This document shows positions 1 through 9,162 of a stretch of DNA of 64,000 nt, one piece after another. The notes below the pieces were generated by a model, which worked only from the letters and a program-made list of their open reading frames with translations, had not been told where the DNA came from and searched no databases. Each line of letters starts with the position of its first letter. Position 1 is the first letter of the stretch. Origin of the DNA: Nitrososphaerales archaeon (lineage in GTDB: Archaea; Thermoproteota; Nitrososphaeria; Nitrososphaerales; UBA57); NCBI GenBank assembly GCA_047517285.1, contig JAKZTE010000010.1:10852-74851 (forward strand). The letters are read 5' to 3'. The position numbers were made by a program, and so were the translations under genes.

Positions 1-1
1 T

Positions 2-145
2 CCTGTTGTATCAAAAATTATTCGTTCTAAATACGAAATTCCAGATGTAGAACTCAGTAAAATGGACGTATTATCAAAGACTATGTTTACATCATTCAAT
101 GAATTATCAAATAAGGAGGTAGCAGCTGTTGTCGACACAAAATAG
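2..145 (+). CDS. atpA: A-type ATP synthase catalytic subunit A, C-terminal fragment (gene begins upstream of window)
   Basis: Frame 2 is open from the window edge to TAG 143-145 (..[35 protein letters not shown]..). It resembles the helical C-terminus of archaeal subunit A and sits where atpA lies in atpA-atpB-atpD operons. It overlaps the atpB start by 17 nt. Confidence 0.55.
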   Translation, partial: PVVSKIIRSKYEIPDVELSKMDVLSKTMFTSFNELSNKEVAAVVDTK

Positions 146-1526
146 ATCTTCTGGTTTAGAGTATACTAATATTTCTGAAATCAAAGGGCCATTGTTAGTT
201 ATCAATGGAGTAACTAATTCTGCATTCGACGAACTAGTTGAAATTACTACTCCAGCTGGCGCAAAACGTTTAGGTCGTGTTCTTGAAATTGGCGGAGGTA
301 CAGCTGTTGTCCAAGTCTTTGAGGGTACTACTGGTCTGTCTGTTTCTGAAACAAAAACTCGATTCTTAGGCAAAACAATGGAAATTCCAGTTTCTGATCA
401 ATTATTGGGTCGTGTGTTCGACGGTCTCGGAAGACCTATTGACGGCCTTCCTGATCCTGTAGGAGAGAAATTCCTTGATATAAATGGTGAATCAATAAAT
501 CCCGAACGTAGAGACTTTCCAGAAGATTTCATTCAAACTGGAGTTTCATCTATTGACGGACTCAATACTCTTGTCAGAGGTCAAAAATTGCCAATCTTCT
601 CCGGTGCAGGACTTCCACATAATCTTTTGGCCGCTCAAATTGCACGTCAAGCTACTGTTCCAGGTAAGGGCGAAGAATTCGCTGTAGTCTTTGCCGCAAT
701 CGGTGTTCAAAATAGTGAAGCTGCATTCTTCCGAAAATCATTAGAAGAAAGTGGCGCACTAAAAAGAAGTATTTTATATATTAATCTAGCAGACGATCCT
801 GCAATTGAAAGAATCATTACTCCTCGTGTTGCACTTACTGCCGCTGAATATTTGGCATTTGAAAAGGACACTCATGTTCTTGTTATAATTAGTGACATGA
901 CAAATTATGCAGAGGCCTTAAGAGAAATTAGCGCTGCTAGAGAAGAGGTTCCAGGAAGAAAGGGATATCCTGGTTATTTGTATACTGATCTTGCAACAAT
1001 CTACGAACGTGCTGGAAAGATTAAAGGAAGCAAAGGAAGTCTTACACAAATCCCAATTCTTTCTATGCCCTCAGACGATATTACGCACCCAATTCCTGAT
1101 CTTACTGGTTATATTACTGAAGGTCAAATTGTCTTGGGACGGGATTTGCATAGAAAAGAAATCTATCCCCCTGTGAATATTCTTTCTTGTCTAAGTCGTT
1201 TGATGAAAGAAGGCGTAGGAGAAGGAAAAACACGTAACGACCATCAAAATGTTAGTAGTCAATTATATAGTGCATATTCTCGAGCATTAGAATTAAGGGC
1301 TCTTGCTGAAATTGTAGGAAAGGCGGGTCTGGCTCCAAATGATATTAAATATTTAGAGTTTGGCGACTTGTTTGAAAGTAAGTTCCTTAAACAAGGCTTT
1401 GATGAAAATCGAACACTCGAAGATACATTGGGGATTGCATGGAATTTATTCAGTACATTACCTGTTGATGAATTAACTAAAGTCAAACAAGATGAAATTG
1501 ATTCATATCTGAAGGTAACTAAATAA
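129..1526 (+). CDS. atpB: A-type ATP synthase subunit B
   Basis: 465-aa ORF with a TTG start. The N-terminal barrel ([28 protein letters not shown]) and the nucleotide-binding core (..[45 protein letters not shown]) are typical of archaeal A1/V1 subunit B. Confidence 0.95.
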   Translation: MSTQNRSSGLEYTNISEIKGPLLVINGVTNSAFDELVEITTPAGAKRLGRVLEIGGGTAVVQVFEGTTGLSVSETKTRFLGKTMEIPVSDQLLGRVFDGLGRPIDGLPDPVGEKFLDINGESINPERRDFPEDFIQTGVSSIDGLNTLVRGQKLPIFSGAGLPHNLLAAQIARQATVPGKGEEFAVVFAAIGVQNSEAAFFRKSLEESGALKRSILYINLADDPAIERIITPRVALTAAEYLAFEKDTHVLVIISDMTNYAEALREISAAREEVPGRKGYPGYLYTDLATIYERAGKIKGSKGSLTQIPILSMPSDDITHPIPDLTGYITEGQIVLGRDLHRKEIYPPVNILSCLSRLMKEGVGEGKTRNDHQNVSSQLYSAYSRALELRALAEIVGKAGLAPNDIKYLEFGDLFESKFLKQGFDENRTLEDTLGIAWNLFSTLPVDELTKVKQDEIDSYLKVTK

Positions 1527-2179
1527 TGTCAAGTTCTAACAAACGTCCACCACCAACCAAAATTGAACTAATCAAAGTTAAACGAAGCCTCGTTGTTGCA
1601 AAGTCTGTATATAAAATCCTCGAAGACAAAAGAGACGTTCTTCTTAAAAATATCGACGAAATGATTGACGAAGCAGGAAAAGCAAGAAAAGAAATGTCCG
1701 AACCATTGTCTAATGCATATAGGTCATTATTTAATGCATACATGTCAATAGGTTCGTCTAAACTTGAATCAATTGCATTAACATCTCCTTCACATATCGA
1801 TATTGACGTTAATGTTAAAGTCGTTGTAGACGTGCGAATTCCTACTATTTCAATTAGCGAAAAAGAAATTGGTATAAATTATGGATTTGCCGACTCTGAT
1901 TCCAAATTAGACGATGCAACTCAAATGATGCGACTTGCACTACCTAGAATCTTACGTGCTGCAGAATACGAAAATTCAATTCTCGAGCTTGCTAGATCAC
2001 TTGAAAAAACTCAAAGATTACTTAACGCATTAGATTATGTAATAATGCCCGGCTACGATGAATCAATTAAATATATCTCTTCCATATTGGAGGAAAGGGA
2101 AAGAGAAGACTTTACAAGATTAAAACATGTTAAAAAAGTACTTGAACGTAAATTAGCGCTGCTAGAGAAGAAGAGGTGA
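1526..2179 (+). CDS. atpD: A-type ATP synthase central-stalk subunit D
   Basis: 217-aa coiled-coil protein whose start overlaps the atpB stop (TAATG). PTKIELIKVKRSL.. at the N-terminus and ..LNALDYVIMP..EREREDF.. at the C-terminus match subunit D. Operon position also fits. Confidence 0.85.
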   Translation: MSSSNKRPPPTKIELIKVKRSLVVAKSVYKILEDKRDVLLKNIDEMIDEAGKARKEMSEPLSNAYRSLFNAYMSIGSSKLESIALTSPSHIDIDVNVKVVVDVRIPTISISEKEIGINYGFADSDSKLDDATQMMRLALPRILRAAEYENSILELARSLEKTQRLLNALDYVIMPGYDESIKYISSILEEREREDFTRLKHVKKVLERKLALLEKKR

Positions 2180-2184
2180 AATTT

Positions 2185-2310
2185 ATGGATGATAAAGAAT
2201 ATGTAAAATTAAGTGAAAAAATTAAAAAGCAACACGACTCAGATATTAATGACCTAAAAAAAGAAATCATTTCTGCAAAAGCTAAGGCTTATAAAGAATT
2301 GGAAAAGTAA
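2185..2310 (+). CDS. Unannotated 41-aa charged helical micro-ORF between atpD and atpK (possible small ATPase stalk subunit; hypothetical)
   Basis: ATG 2185 to TAA 2308-2310 encodes MDDKEYVKLSEKIKKQHDSDINDLKKEIISAKAKAYKELEK. It starts 5 nt after the atpD stop and ends 19 nt before the atpK start. It is below the 60-aa cutoff of the ORF track. Confidence 0.3.
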   Translation: MDDKEYVKLSEKIKKQHDSDINDLKKEIISAKAKAYKELEK

Positions 2311-2329
2311 TTATGAACATAAGGAGTTA

Positions 2330-2644
2330 ATGAAAATAAACTACAAAATATCTTTTATAACGTTGATAATAATTGCAACACTGTTCCTTCAGTTTGTGCC
2401 TTTGGCATATGCACAAGAAGAAGGTGACTCATTCGCAGACGGAATGAAATACCTCGGTGCAGGAATTGCATTTGCAGGAGCTTCTCTCGCTGCAGGAATG
2501 GCAATTGGAAAAGCAGGTTCAGCTAGTTTAGCTGCAGCCGCAGAAAATGAAAACCTAAAAACATACGGTATGATCATTACTGCACTTGCAGAAGCCGTTG
2601 CTATCTACGGAATAGTTGTCGCTCTATTAATATTGGGAAGCTAA
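2330..2644 (+). CDS. atpK: A-type ATP synthase proteolipid (c/K) subunit with N-terminal hydrophobic extension
   Basis: 104 aa. A Gly/Ala-rich helical hairpin (GAGIAFAGASLAAGMAIGKAG ... ITALAEAVAIYGIVVALLILG) carries the conserved carboxylate in helix 2. AAGGAG lies 4 nt upstream of the ATG. Confidence 0.85.
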   Translation: MKINYKISFITLIIIATLFLQFVPLAYAQEEGDSFADGMKYLGAGIAFAGASLAAGMAIGKAGSASLAAAAENENLKTYGMIITALAEAVAIYGIVVALLILGS

Positions 2645-2649
2645 GATAA

Positions 2650-2862
2650 TTAATAATTAATTATTTTTGCTAATTTCATTATTAGTAGAATCGCTATTAT
2701 CAGTCCTATAACTGGCAGGACGAATGGAATAATTATTGATGCGGGGTTATCTATGGCCTCGTGTAAATATATTCCCACTAATGCCCCAGTTAATGATAGT
2801 GATGTTACGAGTATTGTCGGAACAATCCTAAACCCTTTTTTTATTATCCTATTTCTCACCAA
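2650..2862 (-). CDS. Hypothetical small membrane protein (2 predicted TM helices)
   Basis: 70-aa ORF with two hydrophobic stretches. I recognise no family. Confidence 0.35.
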   Translation of the reverse strand: MVRNRIIKKGFRIVPTILVTSLSLTGALVGIYLHEAIDNPASIIIPFVLPVIGLIIAILLIMKLAKIINY

Positions 2863-2878
2863 TGTAAATTTTTGTTTA

Positions 2879-3340
2879 TTACTTTAGTATTTCTTCTGTT
2901 AATGAAATTCTAGTACAATATCTGCATTTCAATCTTGGCGGATCATCATTAATTATCAATAATTCGGAGATAATTGGCTCGCTTGAATTCGAAATACATG
3001 TTGGATTTTTACATTTGAATACTCCTGTAAATTTCTCTGGTAATTCTACATTTCTTTTCTCTGTTATCTCATAATTCTCAATTATGTTGATGGTTGAATG
3101 CGGTGTTATCAAAGCTAGTCGATTTGTCTCCTCTACTGCCAGTATCCTGTTCTCAATTTTTATTATGTCTTTCTTACTATATTGTTTACTTGAAACATTC
3201 ATTGCCACCGTCACTTGATTTCCATCTATTCCATTGATGTCAAGGGCAGATAGCACATTAAACGCTCTTCCTGCTACAATATGATCCAATACTGTGCCGT
3301 GTTTTATCCTGTTTATTCTCAAATCATATGTTTCTGTCAT
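2879..3340 (-). CDS. pyrI: Aspartate carbamoyltransferase regulatory subunit
   Basis: 153 aa. N-terminal allosteric domain (IKHGTVLDHI) and C-terminal zinc domain (CKNPTCISN ... KCRYC). Adjacent to pyrB. Confidence 0.9.
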   Translation of the reverse strand: MTETYDLRINRIKHGTVLDHIVAGRAFNVLSALDINGIDGNQVTVAMNVSSKQYSKKDIIKIENRILAVEETNRLALITPHSTINIIENYEITEKRNVELPEKFTGVFKCKNPTCISNSSEPIISELLIINDDPPRLKCRYCTRISLTEEILK

Positions 3341-3381
3341 TTCTTAATTCATTCTACTTATTGCAACATTTATATTAATGT

Positions 3382-4329
3382 GTGTATACATTAATCAAAA
3401 GATTGAAAAATCCATTTTATAACCGCGATATTGTTTCGATAAAGGATTTTCAACGTCCTGATTTAGACTATTTGTTTAAAGTCGCTGATAACCTCAAAAC
3501 AAATTTGCCTAATGATTCGCTACGCGGCAAATCTATTGGACTGATGTTCTTCGAACCTAGTACACGAACTAGGCTGAGTTTTGAATCTGCTATGAATTCA
3601 TTAGATGGCACGTCAATCAACTTTGGAGATCCTTCAAGTACCTCTACACAAAAAGGGGAAAATCTTAGTGATAGTCTACTTACTATGGACCAATACGTTG
3701 ATGCTATAATATTACGTCATGCAAGTGAAGGCGTATCGAGATACGCTTCCGAAATATGCCACAGCCCAATTATTAATGCTGGTAGTGGAAGTGAAGAACA
3801 TCCTACACAAGCGATGTTGGATGTTTTTACCATAATGAATGAATGCGGTAAAGTCGACGGATTAAATATTGCTATCTTTGGCGATCTTAAATATGGAAGA
3901 ACCGTTTATTCACTTTTATACGCTCTTTCTAATTATAGACCAAATATCCATCTTGTTTCTCCTAAACCTCTTCAACTTCGGTCAGACCCTCTTCTAGAAC
4001 TTCAAGACCGATTAAATATAACAACTCATGATAATCTTCAAGATATAATTTCTGATCTTGACGTGGTTTATACCACTAGGATTCAAAAAGAACGTTTTCC
4101 TGATCTGCAAGAATATGAAAGAGTAAAAGGTTCTTATAAAATTGATATGGATCTATTAAATCAAGCAAAAGAAAATCTTATTCTACTTCATCCTATGCCC
4201 CGTTCTGATGAGATACCTAGTGAAATCGATCACACTGCATTTGCAAAATATTTTAATCAGGTAAGTTATGGGAAATTAATCAGATCTACATTACTTTATC
4301 TTATCTTTACAGAAAATTCATCTTTCTAA
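3382..4329 (+). CDS. pyrB: Aspartate carbamoyltransferase catalytic subunit
   Basis: 315 aa with the ATCase motifs FFEPSTRTRLSFE, HPTQ and HPMPR. GTG start; the true start could be a few codons downstream. Confidence 0.93.
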   Translation: MYTLIKRLKNPFYNRDIVSIKDFQRPDLDYLFKVADNLKTNLPNDSLRGKSIGLMFFEPSTRTRLSFESAMNSLDGTSINFGDPSSTSTQKGENLSDSLLTMDQYVDAIILRHASEGVSRYASEICHSPIINAGSGSEEHPTQAMLDVFTIMNECGKVDGLNIAIFGDLKYGRTVYSLLYALSNYRPNIHLVSPKPLQLRSDPLLELQDRLNITTHDNLQDIISDLDVVYTTRIQKERFPDLQEYERVKGSYKIDMDLLNQAKENLILLHPMPRSDEIPSEIDHTAFAKYFNQVSYGKLIRSTLLYLIFTENSSF

Positions 4330-6728
4330 CCACAGCTAGAATAAGCACAAGATAAACATTTACTACAGCCTTCTGCATATATCAGACTCATTTCTCCACA
4401 CTCTGTACATTTACTTCTATTATTTGTATTTGTACCTGATATTTCTAATACTTCCTTCTCTATTTCTTGTTTGTCTGTAATTGTTACTTCCGATTCTGCA
4501 TGTATTGAATCTGCTAATGCATGAGCAACTGCATCTGGAACTGATCTAATTGGAATACTTGTACCTTTTGTCTGATGCCAAGATATATTCTTTGTTTGTA
4601 TTCCCCTCATTGTCTTTATTATTGATTTAACATTAACATCTGACTGTAATGCTATTGAAATCAGTCTACCCATTCCTTCATATGCTGCCTTTTCTTCGTC
4701 CCCTGATTTTCCTCTTTCTATGAATACTTCTCTTGGATTTCCTTCTTGATCTTTATTTATTGTTATGAATAATCCGCTATTTGTATAGGTAAATCTATAA
4801 GTCCTTCCTATAAGGTATTCTGGCCTTTTATATCCTCCAGGAAGTACGTGCGTAGATCGATTATCCGATTTATTTCCACGAAGGTTTTTAGTCTTATCGG
4901 TTTCTAAAACCTGAACATCTAGACATCCATCTCTGTATACTGTTATGCCCTTACAATGCGTGTTATAGGCTAATCTATATGACTCATTTACATCTTCTTT
5001 GGTTGCTTCATTCGCAAGGTTTATTGTTTTACTTACTCCGTCATCAACAAATTCTTGAAAAGCCGATTGCATGAGAACGTGTTGATTTCCAGATAAATCT
5101 GCTGCAATTGGAAACATTTCTTTTATTTCTCTAGGAACCCAGGATATATTCTGAATACTTCCTCCGTTTTCAGAAATCTCTTTTATCTTTTCTTTATCTA
5201 GAATGATATTATGGTCTTCTAATGTTATTGCAAATGATTCATTTAGGTAATGAAGTTCTTCGAAGTCTTCACTTCTTTCTTTAATCCTTGAATGCCTGAC
5301 AAAAACTAGAGCAAAATGAGGTTCTATTCCTGGCGAACAGTTTGCTATTGTTCCAATCGAACCTGTAGGGGCGATAATCGTACAGTTCACATTTCTGACT
5401 TCTCTTCCAACCTTCGCAAAATCACTCTTGTCCCAATATGGGAATGTACCTCTGGTTTCTGCTAACTCTTCAGACATTTTCCAAGCTACCTCTGAAATAA
5501 ATTTCATTAATTCTCTTGAAAAACGAAATGATTCTTCTGAACCATATCTCATTCTCAATTTACTTAATAAATCTGCCAATCCCATTACACCTAGTCCTAA
5601 TCGCCTCATGTTATGCGATAGTTCTTCAATTTCTTTTGTTGGATATTTATTCTTTGTAACAACATTGTCAAGAAAGTGTATTGCATTTCTTGTACATTCT
5701 CGAAGTTTATCCCAATCTATGCCATCATTGTCTGCATTGGTGAATTTTGCAACATTTATAGAACCTAGATTACAACTTTCATTTGGCAGTAGTGGGACTT
5801 CACCACATGGATTCGTTGATTCAATTTTAAAATACTCTCTAACTGGATTCGATCTACTGTTATTTATTTTGTCTATAAAAATTAATCCTGGATCCGCACA
5901 TTCCCATGCACAATCAATAATTTTCTGCCATAGTTCTTTTGCTTTGATTCTTTCACCTTCCCCTCCACATAACTTACATTTTACTTCGTCTTCTGACGGA
6001 TAGACATTTTTTCTACATTTATTACATTTCAAAACTTCTCTTCCAGTTCTTGGATTAATAAATTTATGATATTCTTCTTTTTCCAATCTACTCATAAAGT
6101 TGTCAGTTATTGCCACTGAAACATTAAATTCTTTCATAACTTTTGCTTCTTCTGGCAGTTTCATGTTATTACGTTTCATTTCAATAAATTCTACCACATC
6201 TGGATGTTCGATATTTACTATTCCCATATTTGCTCCTCTTCTTTTTCCTCCTTGTTTGATTACTTGTGTACATTTATCAAACAATTGCATAAATGATACA
6301 GGTCCTGATGCTACTGATCCCGTGGAACCTACTTGGTCTCCTTCCGGTCTTAGCTTTGAGAATGAAAAACCTGTTCCCCCTCCTGTTTTTTGTACTATGG
6401 CCTGAGTTTTTACTGCATCTAGTATTGAACTAGTATTGTCCTCTACAGGTAATACAAAACATGCTGATAACTGCCCTAATGGCGCTCCTGCATTCATTAG
6501 CGTTGGAGAATTTGGTAAGAATTCAAAACTCTTCATCATTTTATAAAATATTTCCTTGGATTCTTCTTTATCAAAGTCCTGATATTCTTCATCTGCACTT
6601 GCTATCGCTCTTGCAACTCTTCTGAATAATTCATCTGGCTTTTCTTGTTTTCCATCTTCAAATTTTAACAAATATCTGGCCTTCAAAACTTTCATTACAT
6701 TTTCGGATAAAGTATCATTAATCTCCAT
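4326..6728 (-). CDS. nrdJ: Ribonucleotide reductase, class II (adenosylcobalamin-dependent)
   Basis: 800 aa. It has class I/II core motifs (LSACFVL, STNPCGEVPL, ESCNLGSIN), no ATP-cone, and the Cys-rich C-terminal tail (CTECGE..CSKCLSCAYSSCG) typical of class II enzymes. No intein-sized insertion. Confidence 0.9.
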   Translation of the reverse strand: MEINDTLSENVMKVLKARYLLKFEDGKQEKPDELFRRVARAIASADEEYQDFDKEESKEIFYKMMKSFEFLPNSPTLMNAGAPLGQLSACFVLPVEDNTSSILDAVKTQAIVQKTGGGTGFSFSKLRPEGDQVGSTGSVASGPVSFMQLFDKCTQVIKQGGKRRGANMGIVNIEHPDVVEFIEMKRNNMKLPEEAKVMKEFNVSVAITDNFMSRLEKEEYHKFINPRTGREVLKCNKCRKNVYPSEDEVKCKLCGGEGERIKAKELWQKIIDCAWECADPGLIFIDKINNSRSNPVREYFKIESTNPCGEVPLLPNESCNLGSINVAKFTNADNDGIDWDKLRECTRNAIHFLDNVVTKNKYPTKEIEELSHNMRRLGLGVMGLADLLSKLRMRYGSEESFRFSRELMKFISEVAWKMSEELAETRGTFPYWDKSDFAKVGREVRNVNCTIIAPTGSIGTIANCSPGIEPHFALVFVRHSRIKERSEDFEELHYLNESFAITLEDHNIILDKEKIKEISENGGSIQNISWVPREIKEMFPIAADLSGNQHVLMQSAFQEFVDDGVSKTINLANEATKEDVNESYRLAYNTHCKGITVYRDGCLDVQVLETDKTKNLRGNKSDNRSTHVLPGGYKRPEYLIGRTYRFTYTNSGLFITINKDQEGNPREVFIERGKSGDEEKAAYEGMGRLISIALQSDVNVKSIIKTMRGIQTKNISWHQTKGTSIPIRSVPDAVAHALADSIHAESEVTITDKQEIEKEVLEISGTNTNNRSKCTECGEMSLIYAEGCSKCLSCAYSSCG

Positions 6729-7080
6729 ATCTACTCAACTCACTGGGACAATTTACTATGCAGTCGAAGTATATGAGCATTTAACAAATTATCCGGTAAA
6801 TGCACGTGCGTTGAAATACAACTAATTAAATTAACACTTTGTTCATCTTTTTTATACCATTCAAAAACTAAACTATTCATATCACTCTATGGATAAATCT
6901 GTATTTGATATTGTGATGTAGATTTTTTTGACAAGATATTTCTCCTTGCACTCTAGTCGCATTTCATTTATACATGAAAATACCTGTTAATCGATTCAAT
7001 CAGTTTGTTTTGAACCTTGTTTTTTATTAATATATTGTTATTCGGTCAATTGTTTCTGACTTACTGATTATAAAAATACA

Positions 7081-9162
7081 TTACCTGACCGGGTATTCTT
7101 GCAATGATGTTGAATTACAATTACTGCATTTTTCTGTGTTGTGTACGTTCTTCGCAGCACATGATATACATACTTTTAATCTACAGTAATATTTGAAGAA
7201 CGTCACTTTCTTTGCTACTTTTGCAGTTATTTCCAAAAAATTCTTAATTGTCGAATTCGACAAATCCAGATAAATAGCATGCCCTCCTTTGAATTTATTC
7301 ATATAGGCACATACTTCTTCGATCTTTTCTGGTTCATCCAAATTCAATATTACTGATTGTTGATATTCTTTCGATTCTGATTTTATAATGACTCTTGCTT
7401 TTCCGAATTTCTCTATATCGATATTTGTAAATCTTTTTGCAGAATCATCCGCTATTGAAGATAATCCGAATTCTTCGCCTAATTTCTTACCTGACTTAGA
7501 TATTTCTTCCATGGCCGTGTCTACTATCTTTCCGGCCAATTTTCCCCTCTCTTTAGCAGTAGCTTTTGTACCTAGAAGACTGTCTATCGCTTCATCTAGT
7601 CCTGTTAAATTAATTATGAGTGGTATCTTTTGGTTAGAAATAATTCCTGTATTGATATTCAACAATGGCAATAGTCCTTTGCCAATCATATCATCAATTA
7701 TTTCTCTCCTTGTCGACAATGCAGATATTGCTGTTTTTAAAATTAAATTAACTTTTGCTCTAAAATACGTATCATCTTTATTCGATTCATATGCAAGTCT
7801 TGGTAGGTTTATTGACACTGCATGTAATACAATATTTCCACTTGCATTATTCTTTACAATGGACTTGTTTATTCCTGTATATGAAAAATTATTCTTTGGA
7901 TCTGCATTTATTGCAATATATCCACCTTTCTTAATAATCCCAAATATTTTCTTAGATAATTCTGTATTTTGTGAATCTATTTGCGGTATGATTAATGTTA
8001 TCTTTGGAATGGCAACTGTTTGTATATACGACTCATAACTTTCTAAAATTAATTTATATATCTTTGAAAGTTGTTTCTCATCTATTTTTAAATTCTTCTG
8101 AACAGTAAGATTTATTGATATACACGGATCACTGCCATCTGATACAACTTGCGAAATCATTTTAAACATTTGTATTATGTTTTCTTTTGAACTTGCTAGT
8201 GTTTTATTATCTAAGAAACTGATTATATATTCGATAAAGTTATTATAAGATAGCTCTACGTTTATTTCTTTACTTAGTTCAGTAGTCAGCAAAACGATAT
8301 TCATAATGCTGTTTGAAAAGTTTTCAGCTTTGCTGATTTGAACCGAACTCAATAACTTCCCTTTTATTTTTATTCCTTGCGTTGGAAGCGAACCCAAATT
8401 CACAAAAATGGTATCTGGTTTCAAACCCCAGACACCTAAATTAGAAATGTGAATATCTCCTGATAAATGAGCATCTGTTACATCTCTTGATAATTGATTC
8501 AGTAGTAGATATTCTGAAAATACCTCCTTTGAGGTTTGTGTTATTAGCGATGAAACTCCGTTATCGCTCCTTGTACTCTGTTTTAACATCTGCGTCACAT
8601 CGTGAATAGGCAATCCAATTCTTGTTAATTTATGCCTATACTCTTCATATCCGTGTTCTATTAGTAATGCATTTACTATTTCCCTAATCAATGGCGCAGT
8701 CAGATAGCTTGTCTGAAACTTATACAATCTTGCTTCTGCTTCGCTTGTCATTTTTTGCGCTAAATCTACAGGCATTCCTGCTTCTTTGACTAATGCTTGT
8801 AGAATCTTATCTGGCTTGAACTCTTCCATCATTTCTTTAGACGTTCTAACATAAATCTTTCCACTTTCTATTACACTCTGTTCCTCTATTTGCCTGGTTA
8901 AATTCAGAATCAATCTTCCCAAGTTTGTTACTGTATACCTCCTTTCTGATCGGTTTAATGTAACCAGCATCTGTTTAACTAGCTTTCTTAGATGATATGC
9001 AAATTTACCTGATTCTTTTTTCGACTTAAACCCCGCAAGTGTCTTTAACTCAGAATAACTTAGGGGCCCTTTTGCATTTAATATACGTAAAATATCTAGA
9101 CGATTTGACGAAGCAATTACAGAATAAATAGTCCTTACCCTTTTTGACGTTCTGTAAGGCAT
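7081..9162 (-). CDS. wHTH (ArsR-like) + ATP-cone + degenerate NrdD-like domain + C-terminal zinc ribbon; putative nucleotide-sensing regulator
   Basis: The ORF is open to TTG 9171, but I prefer ATG 9162 because a TATA-like element lies ~25 nt upstream. Domains read from the translation: SNRLDILRILNAKGPLSYSELKTLAG..YTVTNLG; IYVRTSKEMMEEFKPDKILQALVKEAG..EEYRHKL; RDVTDAHLSGDIHISNL; VSINLPRLAYES; C663/C668/C671/C682/C685. There is no glycyl-radical motif. Confidence 0.65.
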   Translation of the reverse strand: MPYRTSKRVRTIYSVIASSNRLDILRILNAKGPLSYSELKTLAGFKSKKESGKFAYHLRKLVKQMLVTLNRSERRYTVTNLGRLILNLTRQIEEQSVIESGKIYVRTSKEMMEEFKPDKILQALVKEAGMPVDLAQKMTSEAEARLYKFQTSYLTAPLIREIVNALLIEHGYEEYRHKLTRIGLPIHDVTQMLKQSTRSDNGVSSLITQTSKEVFSEYLLLNQLSRDVTDAHLSGDIHISNLGVWGLKPDTIFVNLGSLPTQGIKIKGKLLSSVQISKAENFSNSIMNIVLLTTELSKEINVELSYNNFIEYIISFLDNKTLASSKENIIQMFKMISQVVSDGSDPCISINLTVQKNLKIDEKQLSKIYKLILESYESYIQTVAIPKITLIIPQIDSQNTELSKKIFGIIKKGGYIAINADPKNNFSYTGINKSIVKNNASGNIVLHAVSINLPRLAYESNKDDTYFRAKVNLILKTAISALSTRREIIDDMIGKGLLPLLNINTGIISNQKIPLIINLTGLDEAIDSLLGTKATAKERGKLAGKIVDTAMEEISKSGKKLGEEFGLSSIADDSAKRFTNIDIEKFGKARVIIKSESKEYQQSVILNLDEPEKIEEVCAYMNKFKGGHAIYLDLSNSTIKNFLEITAKVAKKVTFFKYYCRLKVCISCAAKNVHNTEKCSNCNSTSLQEYPVR

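Noticed and set aside
5428-6405. Plus-strand ORFs of 191 aa and 101 aa inside nrdJ
   Set aside because: They lie antisense to a strongly supported conserved gene. The translations are Ser/Leu/Phe-rich and low in complexity, with no motifs. These are typical shadow ORFs of AT-rich coding DNA.
7388-8038. 216-aa plus-strand ORF antisense to the wHTH/ATP-cone/NrdD-like gene
   Set aside because: The composition is a hydrophobic low-complexity shadow. The opposite strand carries recognisable domain motifs across the same interval.
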